Origin: Planctomycetota bacterium
GTDB lineage: Bacteria > Planctomycetota > MHYJ01 > WSZJ01
Length of the DNA: 64,000 bases
NCBI GenBank assembly: GCA_038060895.1
Contig: JBBTCT010000001.1
Location: forward strand, 128,001 to 192,000
Direction: 5' to 3'
The position numbers and the translations under genes are program-made. Below the pieces are notes generated by a model. It was given only the letters and a program-made list of their open reading frames with translations. It had not been told where the DNA came from and did not search any database. Positions 59,230 through 64,000 of this stretch are shown piece by piece. Positions within the stretch are counted from its first letter, which is position 1. The number at the start of each line of letters is the position of its first letter.

Positions 59230-59308
59230 GGTCACCTGAATTCTCAAGGGCAAGGAGGACAAACACTTTAACTCCCACTGGTGGGTGACCGTTCGGGATT
59301 GCCGGGCG

Positions 59309-59602
59309 TCAAGATGTCGATCCTCCCGATATCGCCGGCACGAACGCGATCTCGTCCCCTTCCTTCAACTCCACGAGGAGCGACTTCATCTCGCGCGTGT
59401 TGTTCTCGTTGAGGAAGCAGAGCACGTGCGGCCGGAACTTCCCGTTGTCCTCGCACAGGTGAAATCTCAGCGCGGGCGCGGCGAGAAACGTGGCCTCGAT
59501 CGCCCCGGCGAGCGTCGCCGCCTCCACGCGGAGTTTCTTCGACCCCACGATGGCGTGCAGCATCGAGGGGATCAGGACGTCCACGGAGACGCTCTTCGCC
59601 AT
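59309..59602 (-). CDS. MoaD/ThiS-family ubiquitin-like carrier protein
   Basis: 'V.IPS.L', 'G.FRPHVLCFLN', 'LKEGDEIAFVPAISGG' followed by an STS tail; starts 2 nt after the upstream stop. Confidence 0.9.
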   Translation of the reverse strand: MAKSVSVDVLIPSMLHAIVGSKKLRVEAATLAGAIEATFLAAPALRFHLCEDNGKFRPHVLCFLNENNTREMKSLLVELKEGDEIAFVPAISGGSTS

Positions 59603-59604
59603 GG

Positions 59605-60729
59605 CTACACGACGGCGGCGCTGACCGAAAGGACGGGGGGCAGGTACGAGGCGAGTGCCTTCCAGGAGCGCCCGGCGTCCGCGCTGTTGAAGACCTGGCC
59701 GGTGCCGGTCCCGACGTAGAGGCCGCACGGGTCCAGGGAATCGGACGACATTCCCTCGCGCAGGACATTGAGGTACGCGCCGCTTGCCGGCAGTCCCTTG
59801 GACATGGACTTCCAGCCGCCGCGCGGTCCGTTCCAGCGGAACACGCGGAACGCCCCGCTCGTGGCGCGGTAGGCGTAGTTGTTCTTCTTCTCGAGCGGGA
59901 CCGTGAAGCATGTATCGGGGTCGTTCCAGTCGAGAGCGAGCCCGAATCCGTAGTCCGTCGGGAGCCCCATCTCAATCGAATTCCAGGTCTCGCCGTGGTC
60001 GTCCGTGCGGAAAACGCCGACGTGATTCTGCTGGTACGCGCGCCCCGGCACCGCCGGGTGCAGAATGAGTTTGTGCACTCAGGTCCCGACGTCCGTGACC
60101 TTCGGCGCGCCGGGATACTTCGCGACCGCCTTGTTGATCGGCTTCCAGTTCTTCCCCCCGTCGTCCGTCCGGAACGCCCCCGCGGCCGAAATCGCCACGT
60201 ACATCCGCTTCGAATCGTGCGGGTCGAGCTGGATCGTGTGGCAGCACATCCCGCCCGCTCCCGGGCTCCACTGCTTCCGCGTCGGGTGCTCATTCAGGCC
60301 CGGCACCGGCTCCCAGGTCTTCCCTTCGTCCTCGCTCCGGAACAACCCCGCGGGCGCCGTCCCCGCGTACAGCACGCCCTTCTCCCCCTTCCGACCAGGC
60401 TCGATGTGCCAGACCCTCTCGGCCTTCGAGATGCCCCATTTCTTGTAGATCTTTTCGTGGGACGGAAGCGGCTTCGGCGGAATCGGCGGCTTCTTCGCGC
60501 CTGTGAACTTCGCGTCCTTCAGGCCGGCGCTGAAAGTAGAAGCGGCGAACACGTCGCTGACCGCGGCGGCGTGGATCTTCGGCGAGCGGCGGGCATCGAC
60601 GGTGGCGTGGTAGATCGACCATCCCTCGAGGAACGGTCCGCGCCGCTTCCACTCGCGGCGCTTTGCGGACGACTCGAACACGAACAGCCCGCGCTTGGTG
60701 CCGACGCAGACGACGACCTTGTCCGCCAT
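59605..60729 (-). CDS. BNR/Asp-box (sialidase-like) beta-propeller, predicted selenoprotein (U217)
   Basis: Track ORFs 60079-60729 and 59605-60078 are in the same frame and separated only by TGA at 60079-60081, giving 374 aa. Asp-boxes 'SEDEGKTW', 'TDDGGKNW', 'TDDHGETW', 'SADAGRSW' occur on both sides. A SECIS-like hairpin follows the TGA. Confidence 0.75.
60025..60066 (-). promoter_or_regulatory. Candidate bacterial SECIS element
   Basis: Starts 12 nt after the UGA: lower stem AUUCUGC/GCAGAAU, upper stem CCCGGC/GCCGGG, apical loop GGU beginning 26 nt after the UGA. Confidence 0.65.
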
Positions 60730-60798
60730 GAAAGCCTCCGGGATTCTCGGTTCGGTGTGAGGTTACGCGACGAGGTAGCGCATGGATTCTCTCCGCTC

Positions 60799-61224
60799 CT
60801 ACTCGGACTTTGCTTTCTTCTCACGCATCGCATCCACGCTCATCGGCCCGGAACCCTTGCAGGCCATGAACAGGAAGAGGAAGCAGTAGAGCACCGCCGG
60901 TTCGCCGCCGTTCGTTCCGGGGAGGAACCTCGAGATGCCCTCCACCTTGCTGTTGACGACGTGGAACTGCCAGTAAGCGACGGCCATGGTGCCGCTGGCG
61001 AGGAAGGCGGCCGTGCGGCCGAAGAAGCCGATGGCGATCATGAGGCCTGTCACCAGCTCGATGATCCCGCCGGCCTTTCCCTGCGAGTCCAGCTGCGAGA
61101 ACGACATCTTCGAGAGCACGCCGAAGACTTTTTGCATGCCGTGAAACGCGAACATTCCGCCCGAGACGATGCGAACCAGGGCGTAAACGCGGTCCGCTAT
61201 GGGAGCCAGCATGGAACCCAGCAT
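60799..61224 (-). CDS. DoxX family membrane protein
   Basis: 'RIVSG.MF..HG.QK.FG', 'AG.IELV.G', 'AAFLASG.MAVAY', 'NGGE.AVLYCF.FL...G.GP.S.D'. Confidence 0.9.
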   Translation of the reverse strand: MLGSMLAPIADRVYALVRIVSGGMFAFHGMQKVFGVLSKMSFSQLDSQGKAGGIIELVTGLMIAIGFFGRTAAFLASGTMAVAYWQFHVVNSKVEGISRFLPGTNGGEPAVLYCFLFLFMACKGSGPMSVDAMREKKAKSE

Positions 61225-61461
61225 GTATCCCTCCTCCGTTCAGGCATTGGCGCGATTCACGAGTGCTCAGGAACATCCCGCGGCGAATGAGGCTCCCTTT
61301 TACCCTGAAGCGCCCTCAACGTCACGGTCAGGTTCCCGTGAAGTCGGAGGTCGGGCCAGAAGCAGGGTGGAGCTGCCCAGGGAAGTTCGCCGGTGATTTC
61401 GCGGACTTCCGCGTCCGCCGCGCTGCAATACCGCTCTCGCGCTTATGATCGCCGGCAAAGA

Positions 61462-61998
61462 ATGAAGCGCCGCAAGCCCCCGCAGGACCACACCTCCGCC
61501 GCTCCCCCCGAGATCGCCTGCCGCGTCATCGGCCACGTGCGTTCCCCCTACAAGGAGCGCTTCGGCACCCCGCGCCAGCCGTCCGTCACCGAGCAGACGC
61601 TCGAGGACCGCGCGCTCGAGGCGAGCATCGAGCTCCTCCCGGGGCAGAACTTTGAGCAGGCCCTCAAGGACCTCGCGGGATTCGAATACATCTGGGTGCT
61701 CGCCTGGCTGCACCTGAACGAGGGATGGAACCCGCAGGTGATTCCGCCGCGCGGTCCCGAGGTCAAGCGCGGGCTCTTCGCCACCCGCGCGCCGCACCGG
61801 CCAAATCCCATTGCGCTTTCGGCTCTTCGGCTCGTCGGCATCGAAGGCCGGATCCTCAGGATTTGCGGCATCGACCTGCTCGACGGCACGCCGGTGCTCG
61901 ACATCAAGCCCTACATTCCCTATTCCGACGCGTTTCCGGACGCGAAGGCCGGCTGGCTCGAAGGGTTGGATCCCGGCGCACCCGACCGGTGGAAGTAA
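61462..61998 (+). CDS. trmO: tRNA (t6A37)-N6-methyltransferase TrmO/TsaA
   Basis: 'IG.V.SPY.E.FG.PRQ', 'RGLFATRAPHRPNPIALS', 'GIDLLDGTPVLDIKPY'. Confidence 0.92.
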   Translation: MKRRKPPQDHTSAAPPEIACRVIGHVRSPYKERFGTPRQPSVTEQTLEDRALEASIELLPGQNFEQALKDLAGFEYIWVLAWLHLNEGWNPQVIPPRGPEVKRGLFATRAPHRPNPIALSALRLVGIEGRILRICGIDLLDGTPVLDIKPYIPYSDAFPDAKAGWLEGLDPGAPDRWK

Positions 61999-62007
61999 AG
62001 GGACCGG

Positions 62008-63063
62008 CTACTTCGCCTTCTCCCACGCCGCCTTCAACGACTCCGCAGCCGCCGTTGCCTCGTCCACGGCCGCCTGCGCCCGCTTGATCTCCGCTTCCAG
62101 ATCCACGATCTCCGTCTCGGCGGCGGACTTTTCCGTTTCGATCGCCTTGAGCCGGACCTGCGCTGCTGATTTCTCGACCGCCAGGTCGGTGGACGTTTTC
62201 TTGACTGCCGTGAGCGCCTTCGATTCCTTCTCCGCGGCGGTACGCGCCGCGATCAGTTTCTTCTCGGCGTCCTTCATCGCCGGGCTGGCGTCCTTCGGCG
62301 GATCGCCCTCCTTCGGCTTCTCCTTCTCCTGGACCGCGACGAGCTTGTCCGAAGCGGCCTTGACCTTGCCTTCTGCGGCCGCGACGCGTTCTAGCACCGC
62401 AGCCTGGTCGGCCGTCGCCTTGACGATCAGTTTCTCGATGCGCTCGATGTTCGTCCGCTCGGCGGACGCGCGCGTTTCGATCTTCTTGACCTTCCCGGAG
62501 CCCCCGCCCAGCGCGGACTTCGCGGCGTCCCGCGCCGCCGCCAGGGTCGCGACCTCCCTCAGCCCCATCCGGTACGCATGCTCCGCGGGGGAGCACCAGC
62601 GGTTCTCGAATTTGATGTACCCGATGGAAGGGTAGTACGTGTCGGGGTCCCGCCAGTGGCCGTCCACCAGGTGGTAGTCCTGCTTCGTCAATTCGGCCGG
62701 GATTCCTTCCAGCTTCGGGTCGATCTTCCACGCGGCAATCAGGTGCTGGACCGCCTGGTCCGGAAGATCGCGCCCGCCCGCCCAGCGGCCAAGATCGAAC
62801 TGCGAAACCGCATTGTTCGGATCGAGCTTCGCAAGCCGCTCCTTGTACTCCTCTTCCGGCGTCGGCTTCTCCACGACCGAAGCCACGTCCTTGTGCTCGA
62901 GCGTCATCGTCCCCTTTTTCATCTTGATCTTCAGCGTCTTGCCGTCGTCCTCCAGAACCTGCCCCTCCAGGACGCGACCGTCCTTGAGGGTCACGACGTC
63001 GGCGGCCGCGAAACGGGCGGCACAGACAACGAAAATCGCGGCGCGCAGGGGATGGCACTTCAT
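62008..63063 (-). CDS. Secreted protein with a long C-terminal coiled coil
   Basis: Signal peptide, 'ADVVTLKDGRVLEG', a helical region, then Ala/Lys/Glu heptads. Confidence 0.75.
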   Translation of the reverse strand: MKCHPLRAAIFVVCAARFAAADVVTLKDGRVLEGQVLEDDGKTLKIKMKKGTMTLEHKDVASVVEKPTPEEEYKERLAKLDPNNAVSQFDLGRWAGGRDLPDQAVQHLIAAWKIDPKLEGIPAELTKQDYHLVDGHWRDPDTYYPSIGYIKFENRWCSPAEHAYRMGLREVATLAAARDAAKSALGGGSGKVKKIETRASAERTNIERIEKLIVKATADQAAVLERVAAAEGKVKAASDKLVAVQEKEKPKEGDPPKDASPAMKDAEKKLIAARTAAEKESKALTAVKKTSTDLAVEKSAAQVRLKAIETEKSAAETEIVDLEAEIKRAQAAVDEATAAAESLKAAWEKAK

Positions 63064-63136
63064 GCGGTCCTCCAGGCAGTTCGGGACGTGAAGCGGGCAG
63101 GGCTGTCCGCCGGCGATCTTATCAGCCGGAAGCCCT

Positions 63137-63607
63137 TCAAGCCCCGAGCAGCTTTTCCATCATCCCGTTCTGGGCCGAGTAACCGAGGTCCTCGTAGAGA
63201 GCGATCGCCCCGGCATTCGTTGCGTGGACGACCAGCCGCAGGAGGCCGATCCCCTGGCCCCGGGAACGCCGCTCGACCTCCGCAAGAAGCGCCCGCGCGA
63301 TGCCGTGCCGCCGTTCGCTCGCGAGGACGAACACCATCGCGACCTCCGTGAACTTCGGGCCGTGCAGGCCGTCGCCGTCCGATCGCACGCCCGCATGGAT
63401 CCACGCGATCACGCCGGCGCCGGCGTCGGCGACGATCCAGAATTCGGCAGGGTCGGCGATGTCGACCGCGAAGACGGCGGAAGCGTCGCGCAGGAAGCGC
63501 AGGCGCTCCGGGGAATGGCCCAGCGCATCGGGGAGGTCTATGGCACTCTCGCGGAGGCCGCGGACGGCCGCAAAGTCGCGCAATTCGGCGGAGCGGACGA
63601 GAAGCAT
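63137..63607 (-). CDS. GNAT family acetyltransferase
   Basis: Motif A 'VFV..SERRHGIARALL' and motif B 'V..TN.GAIALYE.LGY'. Confidence 0.8.
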   Translation of the reverse strand: MLLVRSAELRDFAAVRGLRESAIDLPDALGHSPERLRFLRDASAVFAVDIADPAEFWIVADAGAGVIAWIHAGVRSDGDGLHGPKFTEVAMVFVLASERRHGIARALLAEVERRSRGQGIGLLRLVVHATNAGAIALYEDLGYSAQNGMMEKLLGA

Positions 63608-64000
63608 GCAGGCGATCAATCTGATGGTGTCGGGCGGAAGGCCCGTGGGAAGCCGCCCGCACTGTACGCTTCCGGATTGCAAATCGTTTATACAAATTGT
63701 CCTGACGGATTCTCTCGAACATATCCACCTTCGTCGTTCCGTTCAAGGATCCGCAACCGTCGTTCATGGTGGGACCTGCCTGGCAAACTCACCCGACCCC
63801 TTGCTGCTCTCATTCTTCACGCGGTCTGGTCTTTCCCGGCGCCTGAACCGGGTCCACCGGTCCGCGGGATTCGAACTCGCGCTCTACGAAGACATCCCCT
63901 GCGGCCACGCTGCCGGACGGGCGATTCCGCTCGCTCCCTGAGGCCGCTACCCCTTCGGACGCCAATGCCCGGCAATCATGTCCTCCGTGTAACCTCCGGC

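Noticed and set aside
59605-60078. Independent gene starting at GTG 60078
   Set aside because: It has no clear RBS, begins mid-propeller, and is in frame with the upstream half. It is better explained by readthrough or, less likely, a nonsense mutation.
63780-64000. Possible methyltransferase-like fragment (+, 'SFFTRSGL...AGFE') and a gene end on the minus strand at the window edge
   Set aside because: Too short and truncated to support a call.

Overview
GC-rich bacterial chromosomal segment, most likely from a member of Planctomycetota (inferred from DUF1570-type peptidases, a PQQ-like beta-propeller, a Ser/Thr kinase-TPR protein, a 'D..GDPLP.GA..R.G' WD40 protein and an STN/secretin-N protein). 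Recognisable housekeeping genes are rsmD, queA, selB, an ECF sigma factor, an rlmL-like methyltransferase, glnA, lpxK, rnc, mfd and trmO. The window also carries five LpxL/HtrB-type acyltransferase paralogues, several secreted peptidases, and a c-di-AMP (ydaO) riboswitch ahead of a KimA-like transporter. The strongest hidden signal is at 59605-60729 (-). A BNR/sialidase-like beta-propeller gene is split by one in-frame TGA, exactly where homologues of this family normally have Cys (GT-U-VH versus GxCVH). The TGA is followed by a bacterial SECIS-like hairpin, the gene is coupled to a MoaD/ThiS ubiquitin-like carrier, and the window encodes SelB. This is a candidate undescribed selenoprotein plus carrier system. 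Other hidden features are a decayed vapBC pair, a 51-aa cyclase fragment, a low-GC stand-alone class III cyclase, long hairpin elements with tandem-repeat arms, and a recurring leaderless-promoter signature. All family assignments come from motif recognition, not database searches.
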